Assembly (NCBI RefSeq): GCF_001194135.2
Contig: NC_068993.1
Coordinates: forward strand, 39,712,685 to 39,776,684
Length of the DNA: 64,000 nucleotides
Origin: Octopus bimaculoides
Lineage: Eukaryota
Direction: 5' to 3'
The translations under genes were made by a program, and so were the position numbers. Shown in pieces: positions 23,883 through 37,089 of the stretch. Position 1 is the first letter of the stretch; each line of letters opens with the position of its first letter. Under the pieces are notes generated by a model. It made no database searches. It had not been told where the DNA came from and worked only from the letters and a program-made list of their open reading frames with translations.

Positions 23883-25129
23883 TAGCATCCTTTCGGGATG
23901 AAGATTATTTTCGGAATATTTGCCCATTATGTACCAGTTTGCCTGGGTAACATTGGAAGCAAGTATGATTCAAACTGACCTTCAGTGTATTATAGATATA
24001 TGTATATACATGTATAAGTATGCATTTATATATATATATAGAAATATATATATATAAGTATATACCCACCATCTCACACGCATGTATGTACATATAAATA
24101 TGTATATTTATAATGTATATAATATATNNNNNNNNNNNNNNNNNNNNNNNNNNNNNNNNNNNNNNNNNNNNNNNNNNNNNNNNNNNNNNNNNNNNNNNNN
24201 NNNNNNNNNNNNNNNNNNNNNNNNNNNNNNNNNNNNNNNNNNNNNNNNNNNNNNNNNNNNNNNNNNNNNNNNNNNNNNNNNNNNNNNNNNNNNNNNNNNN
24301 NNNNNNNNNNNNNNNNNNNNNNNNNNNNNNNNNNNNNNNNNNNNNNNNNNNNNNNNNNNNNNNNNNNNNNNNNNNNNNNNNNNNNNNNNNNNNNNNNNNN
24401 NNNNNNNNNNNNNNNNNNNNNNNNNNNNNNNNNNNNNNNNNNNNNNNNNNNNNNNNNNNNNNNNNNNNNNNNNNNNNNNNNNNNNNNNNNNNNNNNNNNN
24501 NNNNNNNNNNNNNNNNNNNNNNNNNNNNNNNNNNNNNNNNNNNNNNNNNNNNNNNNNNNNNNNNNNNNNNNNNNNNNNNNNNNNNNNNNNNNNNNNNNNN
24601 NNNNNNNNNNNNNNNNNNNNNNNNNNNNNNNNNNNNNNNNNNNNNNNNNNNNNNNNNNNNNNNNNNNNNNNNNNNNNNNNNNNNNNNNNNNNNNNNNNNN
24701 NNNNNNNNNNNNNNNNNNNNNNNNNNNNNNNNNNNNNNNNNNNNNNNCAAGTACAAAACGAGTTTTGGTTTCATATATTCTATATTTAATTAAATTTTCT
24801 TGTAAAACTAATATTTGAACAAAGAATAAATCTATATGTCACTTTAAATTTAGCTTTACTAAGTAGTCTACATCTCTTTCGCTTCTTTAGACCATTTCTT
24901 TGCCCTTCTTTTGAAGCAATCAGCCTATAGCATCGACTTCCCAATTAATAAGAAAACCAATACACAAAAGATGAATTCCTAATTCGTCCTTCCAAAGCAA
25001 ATCCTCGGAACCCTTGTGCTCTCGGCCCAATTCTATTTTACGTTATAAAGATGTGTCCCTGTTTATGTGTGTTTGTGTGTGTGTGTGTGTGTGTGCGCGC
25101 GTGCGTGTGTTGTATCTGTGTGTATATAT

Positions 25130-25515
25130 CTTTTATTTTTTACTTGTCTCAGTCATTTGATTGTGGCCATGTTGAAGCACCACCTTGAAGGGATTTAGTG
25201 AAAAAATTGACCCCCTGGACATTTCTAAGGGTGGTACTACTCTATCGGTCATTTATCCCGAACCGCTATGTTACAGGGAAATAAATACACCAACACTGGT
25301 CAAGCTGTGGTCGGAGGACAAACACAGCTGCAGAAACACATCCCTCAGTATATACACATGTATATATACGCCGGGTTTCTTTAAGTTTCCATCTACCAAA
25401 TTCACTCACAAGGCTTTGTAGTAGAAGTCACTTGTGCAAGGTGCCACGCAATATGACCAAATCCAGAACCATGTTTATGGGAACCAACCACCTCTCCACA
25501 CAGCCTCGCCTGCAG
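25130..25515 (-). mobile_element. SINE family B
   Basis: TTTTTACTTGTCTCAGTCATTTGATTGTGGCCATG...ACCAAATTCACTCACAAGGCTTTG...AAGGTGCCACGCA...CAGAACCATGT. Confidence 0.88.
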
Positions 25516-27318
25516 TAAAGTGGAGGATTTGATTATGTTCCATATTTTCGACATCAAGATTATGACATAGCGAAGATTATACACTCGCAGTGAAACTAAG
25601 GACCTCTACAGTATAATATATGAAATATCAAGCGTCCCATCTACCACCATTAATGTATCGCACCTTCAATTTTATTTAAGTGATAGCCCACATAACAAGA
25701 CTTAATTAACATTATAATTCTAGCCCTGGAAGCAAGAGAAAATATTGCGGAATAGTAACTTATGCTTTTTGTTTTCCCTGTACATTAATATATGAATCAT
25801 TCCTGCAAATTCATGTACCAAGTAACAGGGGCGATATTATGATTGAATTTGTAAAGTCCGATTTCCAAAAATGATCCCCAAAGCAATTTCTGTAAATTTT
25901 TATTTGCCATTAAGCAAAGAATTTCAATTTATTTCTCTTTATTGTTGGCTGTTTTAGTGCCTTAACACTTCTCTTTCGTAAAATGATATCAAATTTAAGG
26001 TGAAACACATTACTATTGATAATNNNNNNNNNNNNNNNNNNNNNNNNNNNNNNNNNNNNNNNNNNNNNNNNNNNNNNNNNNNNNNNNNNNNNNNNNNNNN
26101 NNNNNNNNNNNNNNNNNNNNNNNNNNNNNNNNNNNNNNNNNNNNNNNNNNNNNNNNNNNNNNNNNNNNNNNNNNNNNNNNNNNNNNNNNNNNNNNNNNNN
26201 NNNNNNNNNNNNNNNNNNNNNNNNNNNNNNNNNNNNNNNNNNNNNNNNNNNNNNNNNNNNNNNNNNNNNNNNNNNNNNNNNNNNNNNNNNNNNNNNNNNN
26301 NNNNNNNNNNNNNNNNNNNNNNNNNNNNNNNNNNNNNNNNNNNNNNNNNNNNNNNNNNNNNNNNNNNNNNNNNNNNNNNNNNNNNNNNNNNNNNNNNNNN
26401 NNNNNNNNNNNNNNNNNNNNNNNNNNNNNNNNNNNNNNNNNNNNNNNNNNNNNNNNNNNNNNNNNNNNNNNNNNNNNNNNNNNNNNNNNNNNNNNNNNNN
26501 NNNNNNNNNNNNNNNNNNNNNNNNNNNNNNNNNNNNNNNNNNNNNNNNNNATTTTTTTTTTTTTTTTTTTTGAGGTTATTTCTATTCCTACTAATGTTGA
26601 CATTTGGTAAAAATTGTTTAAAATCAAAGAAAGAGATTGATAATATTTCTGCTGAATTTTCTTGTTTTTGCTTCAGATTCTAGTTTGAAATTAATATTCT
26701 TCAATCCGTTTTGATGGGTGTCATTTTCGTTTTCTTCGTCTGCTTTTGTTGGTCGGCTATTGGAGGTTCGTTTCCATTAAAGTGCCGTTTTCATGGATGG
26801 TTTAGGAAGCTGCGCCAGTAAATGCGAGATATGAAATCTGGAAGTCATTCCCAATATGGAAAATACTGAAAATATTAAATTACAAGAAAAAAGAAGGGGC
26901 GAGAGCACTGCATATTTAATCATTCATTCGTCTAAGACCATCAACATATTACGGCTTATCGGAATAATTATTTCTTACATACGTATTTATATGTGTTCTT
27001 ACATATAATCTACACATATGTGCACATATGTACGCAAACTCATAAATATATAGAAACGCTCACGTATGTACTCAAACACCGCACACACAAAAACGCACAC
27101 ACATATTTATACATCCATACACACAAACCTTCACATATATATGTATGTGTATATGTATATATATGCATATACATATATATATATATGTATGTATATATAT
27201 GTACATGTATATATGTATGTATGTATTATGTATGTATGTATGTATACACACACGCATACACTTACATGCACACACAAAAACATGCACAAATATATTCCGT
27301 CATTCAGACATTACATGT

Positions 27319-27357
<39 letters not shown>

Positions 27358-27367
27358 NNNNNNNNNN

Positions 27368-27405
<38 letters not shown>

Positions 27406-29056
27406 GTGTGGGTGCGTGTGTGTGTGAATGTGTATGTGTGTGTGTGTGGACGTATGTACGTATGTATAGAAAGACAATACTAAATAAAATACATACGTAA
27501 ATATGTGTGGGCGTGAGTATATATATGCACAAGATCCTAAAAGAAATAAATAAATAATATATATTATGTATGTGTGTACGTATTATGAACTTATTCATGT
27601 GTATGTATGTATAGATTTATGCATAGATATTTAATTACATCGTATAAATAATCATAGATTTATATATAATTTGTAAGATTCTGAATATTTTTGTATGAAT
27701 CTACGTTCTTAATTATATGGTTGCTTTAACACTTGTTAGCGTGTGTACGTGTGTGTGTGTGTATGAATATATGTCTATATGTCAATATATATATATATAT
27801 ATATATANNNNNNNNNNNNNNNNNNNNNNNNNNNNNNNNNNNNNNNNNNNNNNNNNNNNNNNNNNNNNNNNNNNNNNNNNNNNNNNNNNNNNNNNNNNNN
27901 NNNNNNNNNNNNNNNNNNNNNNNNNNNNNNNNNNNNNNNNNNNNNNNNNNNNNNNNNNNNNNNNNNNNNNNNNNNNNNNNNNNNNNNNNNNNNNNNNNNN
28001 NNNNNNNNNNNNNNNNNNNNNNNNNNNNNNNNNNNNNNNNNNNNNNNNNNNNNNNNNNNNNNNNNNNNNNNNNNNNNNNNNNNNNNNNNNNNNNNNNNNN
28101 NNNNNNNNNNNNNNNNNNNNNNNNNNNNNNNNNNNNNNNNNNNNNNNNNNNNNNNNNNNNNNNNNNNNNNNNNNNNNNNNNNNNNNNNNNNNNNNNNNNN
28201 NNNNNNNNNNNNNNNNNNNNNNNNNNNNNNNNNNNNNNNNNNNNNNNNNNNNNNNNNNNNNNNNNNNNNNNNNNNNNNNNNNNNNNNNNNNNNNNNNNNN
28301 NNNNNNNNNNNNNNNNNNNNNNNNNNNNNNNNNNNNNNNNNNNNNNNNNNNNNNNNNNNNNNNNNNNNNNNNNNNNNNNNNNNNNNNNNNNNNNNNNNNN
28401 NNNNNNNNNNNNNNNNNNNNNNNNNNNNNNNNNNNNNNNNNNNNNNNNNNNNNNNNNNNNNNNNNNNNNNNNNNNNNNNNNNNNNNNNNNNNNNNNNNNN
28501 NNNNNNNNNNNNNNNNNNNNNNNNNNNNNNNNNNNNNNNNNNNNNNNNNNNNNNNNNNNNNNNNNNNNNNNNNNNNNNNNNNNNNNNNNNNNNNNNNNNN
28601 NNNNNNNNNNNNNNNNNNNNNNNNNNNNNNNNNNNNNNNNNNNNNNNNNNNNNNNATATAGACTAAAACAGAGAAAAGTGGTATTTTAGACCTGCAAACG
28701 AAAAGGTTTCCGTGTTCAGGCCCACTGCGTGGGATCTAAAGCAAGTGCAAGCGTCTTCCACCATAGCCTAGTGTCTTCCATGCAGTGGGCCTGGACACGG
28801 AACCTTTTCTCCTGCAAGTCTAAAATACCAGTTTTCTCTGTTTTAGTATTCTATCTCGCTAAACTATATTTGGTTTACCAAATTTGTCATATCAAAAATA
28901 TAAACCAGAATATTTGAGAAGCAATTCCGAAGTAGTTCACCGATATAAAAATATGATGTATAACTTTCATCCTTTATACTGTTTCAGACATTGGATTGCA
29001 GCTACGCCAGGAAGCCACTTAGAATGGTCTGAGTCGAACCAATCAACCTCAATACT

Positions 29057-29690
29057 TACTGTGAGGAGTCAAATGTTTTGCCATATTTTAATAACTTATT
29101 TGTTTTATTCGTCAAATTTACTACAAAAGCCGGCTAGCATTGAAAGGAGAGGCTATCGTATTGCACCGTCTGAAGCCAGTTTTCTGCCAATTCTATGATC
29201 CCTCGCTGATACCAGTTCTTGCCCTTCGTTGCAAAGAACTCCTTCACCTAAGCTTCCACCTCCAATTGGTTGATGAGTCGTTGCAAGCGAAGGAAGTGAG
29301 TCATGGATCGGAATGAGTAATAATCAGAGGGAGCTGAGAGTAGCATCATTCGATTTCCTGAAGTTCCTGGAGTTTATTCTAGGTTGTTCGAGTGGTATGA
29401 AATCTTGCGTTTTCTTGCTGCAGAAGAGCTCCCTTTCAGTTAACCAATGTCGGCTGTCGTGCCGCCTAACGGCATATATCTGCTCCAGCTATTTGGAGCA
29501 CAGATTGGCATCGATGTTCGATCATCTGGTACGCATTCGCACTGAATTATCCCCTCACAATTCCATCAGATGCTGAGCATAACCTTGTATTCATATCACC
29601 CCATGCCTGGCGATAGGTTCCACAAGTTATCCGTTGTTTAACCACTGATTAGGCACGTTAGGACTGCGGGGAAAACATCTCCCTTAGATT
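29057..29690 (-). pseudogene. Mariner (DD34D) transposase pseudogene with 3' terminal region
   Basis: Minus strand: KVMLSI*WNCEGII..., LLQQENAR, APSDYYSFRSMTHFLR...VKEFFATKGKNWYQRGIIELAENWLQTVQYDSLSFQC*; several stops and frameshifts. Confidence 0.9.
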
Positions 29691-30404
29691 AGTCTTATTG
29701 GACGTTTATGAAGGTACGTGGCCTAGCAGTTAGGGCGATGCATCATATATCATTTTCCTGAATTTTTACAGGCAGATAGTTGCATTACTCATGATATATA
29801 AGTTTGCACCACATGGAAGATGCACGTAAAAAATAATTCTTTAACAAACATTCCACTCACCTTTCAGTGCATATATAGGTCCTTACGAACCAAGTCAGGA
29901 CAATCACTTTATAACCCCTAAAAGAACTTTTATTTCACAAAGCAAATATAAAAACAGCAAACAGGGCTAAACACTTCATGAGAAACGTAAATACTGCAGT
30001 ATAAATAACCTTTTGTTTGGCTACAGAAGCATTCATTTAAAATATAATCTTCAGACAGAAACAAAGCGGAATTATAGAAAAACAAATGTTTTCAGTTAGT
30101 TTGTATTTGCGTTTTCTGAACTGTTTTTGATGATTTTGTTTATGTTATTATTTTTGTGAGAGTTTTTTTTTTTCGCTACTGTTTCTTTCATGAAATGCAA
30201 TGAAAGAATGTTTATAAATGAGTGAAAAATATTTTGCAATTCGCATACTTTTCTAGTTGTTAATAAAGAAACCCACATACACATATCCATAGAAACAACA
30301 GCAATATTAACAAGCATATCACCAGCACATCACCCATGAAGAACACCTTCCACTACCATTTTCTAATAATAATAATGACAATATTAATAGTACAATAATA
30401 AAGC

Positions 30405-30590
30405 TTTGACACAAAGCCAACAATTTTGGAGTAGAGGGTTAGTCGACTACATCGATCTGAGTGTTTAACTGGTACTTATTTTATCGCTCCCGAAAGGATG
30501 AAAGGCAAAGCAGACATCGGTGGATCGAAATGCCGATAAGTATTATGTCCGGTGTGCTAACGAATTTTTCAGTTCGCCGTCTTTTTCTTT
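30405..30590 (-). mobile_element. SINE family A
   Basis: CTGGTACTTATTTTATCGCTCCCGAAAGGATGAAAGGCAAAG...GGTGTGCTAACG. Confidence 0.85.
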
Positions 30591-30694
30591 TATCCTTTTA
30601 ATGGCTTCAGTTAATGGACTGCAGCTATACTGGAATGTTAATAACAATGATAATGATGATGATGATGATAATAATAATAATAATAATCCTTTGT

Positions 30695-30902
30695 ATTGGA
30701 AGCATAAGGCTTCAAATTTCGTTAGTGGGGGATTAAGTCGATTATATCGACTCCAGCACGTAACTGGTACTAATTTTATCGACTTCGACAGGATGAAAGG
30801 CAAAGTCGACCTCGGAAGATTCGAACTCAAAAACCTAACGTCTGACGAAATAGTGCTAAGCATTTCGCCCGGCATGCTAACGATTCTGCCAGCTTACCGC
30901 CT
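30695..30902 (-). mobile_element. SINE family A, near full length
   Basis: ...AGGATGAAAGGCAAAGTCGACCTCGG...CATTTCGCCCGGCATGCTAACGATTCTGCCAGCT. Confidence 0.9.
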
Positions 30903-30904
30903 TA

Positions 30905-30978
30905 ATAAAATACTAGTAATAATAATAATAATAATCATATTAATAACAACAATTTTAATAATAGCGATAGCAACAACA

Positions 30979-31018
<40 letters not shown>

Positions 31019-31066
31019 CGACGACGATGATGATTATGATGATGATGATGATGATGGTGATGATGG

Positions 31067-31115
<49 letters not shown>

Positions 31116-31260
31116 GGTGATGACGATGATGATGGTGATGATGATGATGGTGATGATGATGATGATGATGATAATGACGACGACGATGTCGATGACATTG
31201 ACGTAGACGACGGTGACGAAGACGACGGTGACGACGATGATGACGATAGCAACGTCAATA
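30905..31260. repeat. Compound (AAT)n/(GAC)n/(GAT,GGT)n array
   Basis: Direct reading. Confidence 0.95.
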
Positions 31261-31444
31261 TTAGCAATAGCAACTGAAAAGAAAAAAACAAGTTTTCCCA
31301 TTTTGTAGCGATAATTTTAATAATTAGCTCTTTATCTCCTATTTCTGTGTCTTTATTATTATTAGTTGTTGCTGGTCACTTCTCTGTAGAAATATGTCTA
31401 CCTTCGTTTTCATATGTTCTCCCTTTCTCTCAGTCCCCATCTTA

Positions 31445-31610
31445 CTTTCTCTTTCTTTCTTCCTTTCTTTCTTTCCTTCTTTCTTTCCTTCTTTCTTTCT
31501 TTCTTTCTTTTTTCTTTCTTTCTTTCTTTCTTTCTTTCTCTTTATCTCTCTCTCTCTCTCTGTTTATATACATGAATGTATATGTATGCATATATATATA
31601 TATATATATA
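31445..31610. repeat. (CTTT)n-(CT)n-(TA)n compound microsatellite
   Basis: Direct reading. Confidence 0.93.
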
Positions 31611-31855
31611 TGGGAGAATATACAAAAAATAACAACAGACGAGGACAGGTGGTGTAAATAACAAAAGTATATATTAGTATGACGCTCGGGAATACGGAAA
31701 GTCTTTGACGTTTCGAGCTACGCTCTTCAACAGAAAGAATACGGAGACAAGGAGAAAAAACACGGAGAAAAAAAATTGAATAGTGTTCAGTCAACGGTCA
31801 ATCATAATAATGGCCGATCATAACAATGGCTGACCGGAAGTTAGAAATTCTTATT
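31611..31855 (-). mobile_element. Penelope-like terminal repeat remnant
   Basis: Carries a hammerhead-like motif and shares its boundary sequence with 20038-20112; PLE assignment is inferred from the known association of PLEs with minimal hammerheads. Confidence 0.55.
31701..31739 (-). ncRNA. Minimal hammerhead ribozyme-like motif (core variant)
   Basis: Minus strand: TTCTTT-CTGTTGA-A-GAGC-GTA-GCTC-GAAA-CGTC-AAAGAC. Stem I TCTTT/AAAGA, stem II GAGC/GCTC, palindromic ACGT stem III, GUC site; position A6 is U. Confidence 0.6.
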
Positions 31856-32798
31856 NNNNNNNNNNNNNNNNNNNNNNNNNNNNNNNNNNNNNNNNNNNNN
31901 NNNNNNNNNNNNNNNNNNNNNNNNNNNNNNNNNNNNNNNNNNNNNNNNNNNNNNNNNNNNNNNNNNNNNNNNNNNNNNNNNNNNNNNNNNNNNNNNNNNN
32001 NNNNNNNNNNNNNNNNNNNNNNNNNNNNNNNNNNNNNNNNNNNNNNNNNNNNNNNNNNNNNNNNNNNNNNNNNNNNNNNNNNNNNNNNNNNNNNNNNNNN
32101 NNNNNNNNNNNNNNNNNNNNNNNNNNNNNNNNNNNNNNNNNNNNNNNNNNNNNNNNNNNNNNNNNNNNNNNNNNNNNNNNNNNNNNNNNNNNNNNNNNNN
32201 NNNNNNNNNNNNNNNNNNNNNNNNNNNNNNNNNNNNNNNNNNNNNNNNNNNNNNNNNNNNNNNNNNNNNNNNNNNNNNNNNNNNNNNNNNNNNNNNNNNN
32301 NNNNNNNNNNNNNNNNNNNNNNNNNNNNNNNNNNNNNNNNNNNNNNNNNNNNNNNNNNNNNNNNNNNNNNNNNNNNNNNNNNNNNNNNNNNNNNNNNNNN
32401 NNNNNNNNNNNNNNNNNNNNNNNNNNNNNNNNNNNNNNNNNNNNNNNNNNNNNNNNNNNNNNNNNNNNNNNNNNNNNNNNNNNNNNNNNNNNNNNNNNNN
32501 NNNNNNNNNNNNNNNNNNNNNNNNNNNNNNNNNNNNNNNNNNNNNNNNNNNNNNNNNNNNNNNNNNNNNNNNNNNNNNNNNNNNNNNNNNNNNNNNNNNN
32601 NNNNNNNNNNNNNNNNNNNNNNNNNNNNNNNNNNNNNNNNNNNNNNNNNNNNNNNNNNNNNNNNNNNNNNNNNNNNNNNNNNNNNNNNNNNNNNNNNNNN
32701 NNNNNNNNNNNNNNNNNNNNNNNNNNNNNNNNNNNNNNNNNNNNNNNNNNNNNNNNNNNNNNNNNNNNNNNNNNNNNNNNNNNNNNNNNNNNNNNNNN

Positions 32799-32848
<50 letters not shown>

Positions 32849-32999
32849 GGTGTATACTTTTGTATGTATATGTTTGTTTATAGATGTATTCTTGAAACAT
32901 GCCGGCATCGTTCTTCTCAGACAGTAACCTTCTGTAATAATTCTGCTTAAAGCAGGAATCCAGAATTTTCTCTTGAGATTCATCTGTATTAACATGACG

Positions 33000-33200
33000 A
33001 TGATTATAATAATAAGGGTGATGATGATGATGAAGGCGATGATGATGATGATGATGATGACGACGACAACGACGACGACGACAACGACGACGACGACGAC
33101 GACGGTGATGGTCCTGGTGGTGGTGGTGGTGGTGTTGATTATGATAATAATGATGATGTTGGTGACGGTGATGACGATGACGACGATGACGATGAGAATC
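33000..33200. repeat. Compound (GAT)n/(GAC)n/(GGT)n array
   Basis: Direct reading. Confidence 0.93.
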
Positions 33201-33639
33201 CTACTCATCGATATTATCATTAACAATATTATTAGCACCGTCATTGTCAGCATCACCACCACCACACTCACAAAGAGGATCACGATCGCTCTTTCCCCCG
33301 TCTTCTCACTCTCCACTCAACCATTTCATCTTCTTCCACCTCATCCTTCCCTTCTCATCAACATCATTATTAACATCATCAAGATCATCAAGCAAAGACC
33401 ATCATTTCCGTGAATAGGAACTAAAGAGAGGAAAAACTAATGTGTAATGCGTGTGGAGGGGGGGGGGCTGCGTGTGCGAGCGTGTGTGAGTGCGTGTGCG
33501 TACATATATGTATATATACACACATATATATATATAGAGAGAGATAAGTTTGATAAGGAAAAAGAGGAAATGAAACAAGGAACATGCATGGGAATTTTTG
33601 GGTTTTCTTGTGACTATACATGTGTGTATATGTGTGAGT

Positions 33640-33684
33640 GTGTGTGACTCTGCGTACGAGTGTATGAGTGTATGATACGTATAT

Positions 33685-33754
<70 letters not shown>

Positions 33755-33828
33755 CGATGCGTGTATGTATATGTGCGCATATATGTGTGTGCACATATAT
33801 GTATATACAGAGACACACACATGTATAT

Positions 33829-33897
<69 letters not shown>

Positions 33898-34080
33898 CAT
33901 ATATATACATATATGTATATATATATGTATGTATATGTGTATACACATAAGTACATACACACATTCATACTTTCATACATACATACATGTCAAACATAAA
34001 AGAATGTGTGTTGATGTCTCAGTGTGTGTGTGTGTGTCTACATACGTTAATGTATGTGTGAGTGCGTGTGTTTAAGCGTG
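33640..34080. repeat. (TA)n/(TG)n/(CA)n degenerate tract
   Basis: Direct reading. Confidence 0.92.
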
Positions 34081-34252
34081 TGAGTTTCTTTTGATTTAAC
34101 AAATGCTACAATGGAATAAGTTTATTATGGAAATAGAAACATCTAGAACTAATAAAAGAATGAGTGAGAATGTATATATGTGTGTGTGTGTATGTGAAAG
34201 TACATACAGATAAATGCATATGTATACATACACATATACATGTATATATATG

Positions 34253-34289
<37 letters not shown>

Positions 34290-34428
34290 NNNNNNNNNNN
34301 NNNNNNNNNNNNNNNNNNNNNNNNNNNNNNNNNNNNNNNNNNNNNNNNNNNNNNNNNNNNNNNNNNNNNNNNNNNNNNNNNNNNNNNNNNNNNNNNNNNN
34401 NNNNNNNNNNNNNNNNNNNNNNNNNNNN

Positions 34429-34466
<38 letters not shown>

Positions 34467-34786
34467 TTTGTTTGCGTATGAGCTTCAGAAATAAATGGAT
34501 GAAAAAAAAAATTAAATGGAAGTTTCAAAGGGAGGAAATGATAACAGTGTATGCTAACAGTGTCTTCTTTAAAATAATGTAAAAATAATGAGAATTTATA
34601 TCAAACAAACAATAAAACAAATAAACATACATACACACAATCGAACAAATCTATATAGAAAAGAACAAAAATCTTAAAAAGTACAATTATATATAGATGT
34701 ATGTATGCACACACATACACGCACACACGCACATATAAACACACATAAATTGATCTTTGTATGGGATATACCTATCATATATAACG

Positions 34787-34817
<31 letters not shown>

Positions 34818-35504
34818 ATATAGATAAACTACTATATATATATATTATATATACATAATAATAGTAGTTGTGAGTAACTTACATAAAAATATAATATACG
34901 AAGTGCAATTATTATTTGTTAAAAGACTAAAAACCTTGTGTAGAGTGAATATATANNNNNNNNNNNNNNNNNNNNNNNNNNNNNNNNNNNNNNNNNNNNN
35001 NNNNNNNNNNNNNNNNNNNNNNNNNNNNNNNNNNNNNNNNNNNNNNNNNNNNNNNNNNNNNNNNNNNNNNNNNNNNNNNNNNNNNNNNNNNNNNNNNNNN
35101 NNNNNNNNNNNNNNNNNNNNNNNNNNNNNNNNNNNNNNNNNNNNNNNNNNNNNNNNNNNNNNNNNNNNNNNNNNNNNNNNNNNNNNNNNNNNNNNNNNNN
35201 NNNNNNNNNNNNNNNNNNNNNNNNNNNNNNNNNNNNNNNNNNNNNNNNNNNNNNNNNNNNNNNNNNNNNNNNNNNNNNNNNNNNNNNNNNNNNNNNNNNT
35301 GTATATGACAGATATGAACAGTCTAGATAAGGGTGGAATTCAAGAGTAGACTGTTAAGTTTGATACCGGATATATATATTTATATACGGGTGGGGGGTGG
35401 GGGAGTTTTGAGCCTTCAAGACCTTTGAGCCTTGATGTCTTCTATCTTCAACAGAAGTCTTGTACCGTGTTTTTTTTTTTAGGCTCAAGACTTTTCATAC
35501 ATCC

Positions 35505-35762
35505 CTCGTATATATAAAGAAGCCTGCTTCCCAGCTACATGGTTCCGGGTTCAGTCCAACTGCGTGGCACCTTGGGCGAATGTCTTCTACTTTAGGCCGA
35601 CAAAAGCATTGTGAGGGGATTGGGTAGACGGAAATTGAAAGAAACCCGTCGTATAAATGTATATATATGTATATATTTCTGTGTGTTTGTCTTTGTACCC
35701 CCACCATCGCTTGAAAACCGATGTTGGTGTGTTTACGACTCTGTAAGTAGTGGTTCAGCAAA
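35505..35762 (+). mobile_element. SINE family B, 3'-truncated
   Basis: CTACATGGTTCCGGGTTCAGTCCAACTGCGTGGCACCTTGGGCGAATGTCTTCTACT...GGTAGACGGAAATTGAAAGAAACCCGTCG. Confidence 0.88.
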
Positions 35763-36368
35763 ACATCATTATCATCATCATCATCATCATCATCATTAAT
35801 TTCGTCATATTGTTGTATATTTTTGTCTCAATTTCGTACTTTTATTTTTATTTATTTATTTATTTATTTTTTTTTTTGGTTTTACACTCCATTATTTCAC
35901 TCTCCATTATTTTCTCCGTTTTGAAAAATAAGCAAAAAGATACTTTGTTTATTATATTCTTTGAATTTTAAAACCTTAAATCTTATTATTGCTATTCTGT
36001 TAGCAGTTTTAGTTGCCAGCTACTGTTATTCTCAAAATAATATATTTTTCATACTGCGTTTATAATTATTTAGGTGTGTGTTTAACTGCATGGCAATATA
36101 AGATGATAATACATGACAGTTATGTTCCCAGGCTTTTTAAAATTTCAATCTTAATTCAGTATTGTTTAAATCACGTCTTACTGAATGAAGTTTAGAAAGA
36201 ATGCAACACATTTCTTCACATTCTTACTCATATCTCTTATGATTAATACGAATACGAACGTTTGCATGCTTGCATATATACATGTGTATATATGTATATA
36301 TATATGACATGTGTGTGTATATTATATATATATGTATACATGTATGTATATATATATATGTGTGTGTG

Positions 36369-36411
<43 letters not shown>

Positions 36412-36696
36412 ANNNNNNNNNNNNNNNNNNNNNNNNNNNNNNNNNNNNNNNNNNNNNNNNNNNNNNNNNNNNNNNNNNNNNNNNNNNNNNNNNNNNNNNN
36501 NNNNNNNNNNNNNNNNNNNNNNNNNNNNNNNNNNNNNNNNNNNNNNNNNNNNNNNNNNNNNNNNNNNNNNNNNNNNNNNNNNNNNNNNNNNNNNNNNNNN
36601 NNNNNNNNNNNNNNNNNNNNNNNNNNNNNNNNNNNNNNNNNNNNNNNNNNNNNNNNNNNNNNNNNNNNNNNNNNNNNNNNNNNNNNNNNNNNNNNN

Positions 36697-36748
<52 letters not shown>

Positions 36749-37089
36749 TCAGACAGACAGACAGGCAGACAGACAGACAGACAGACAGACAGATAGATAG
36801 ATATAATGTATGTATTTTTAGATATAATCAGCAGAAAATTTGCAAACGGGTCGAGAATCTTTGTCAATGCCATCTACCAAATTCTTGAGTCGTTATTCTG
36901 CCGTTTAACATATACATATTTGTGTGTGAGTGAGTGTGTGTGTGTGTGTGTGTGCGTGTGTGTGTGCGTGTGTGTGTTTGTGTTTGTGTGTGTGTGTGTT
37001 TATCTGTGCATGTGCGTGTGTTTGTATGAATGTGTTTGTGCGTGTATGCTTAAGACAATAAATTCCGTGATGCGAGCTGAGTGATAGCT

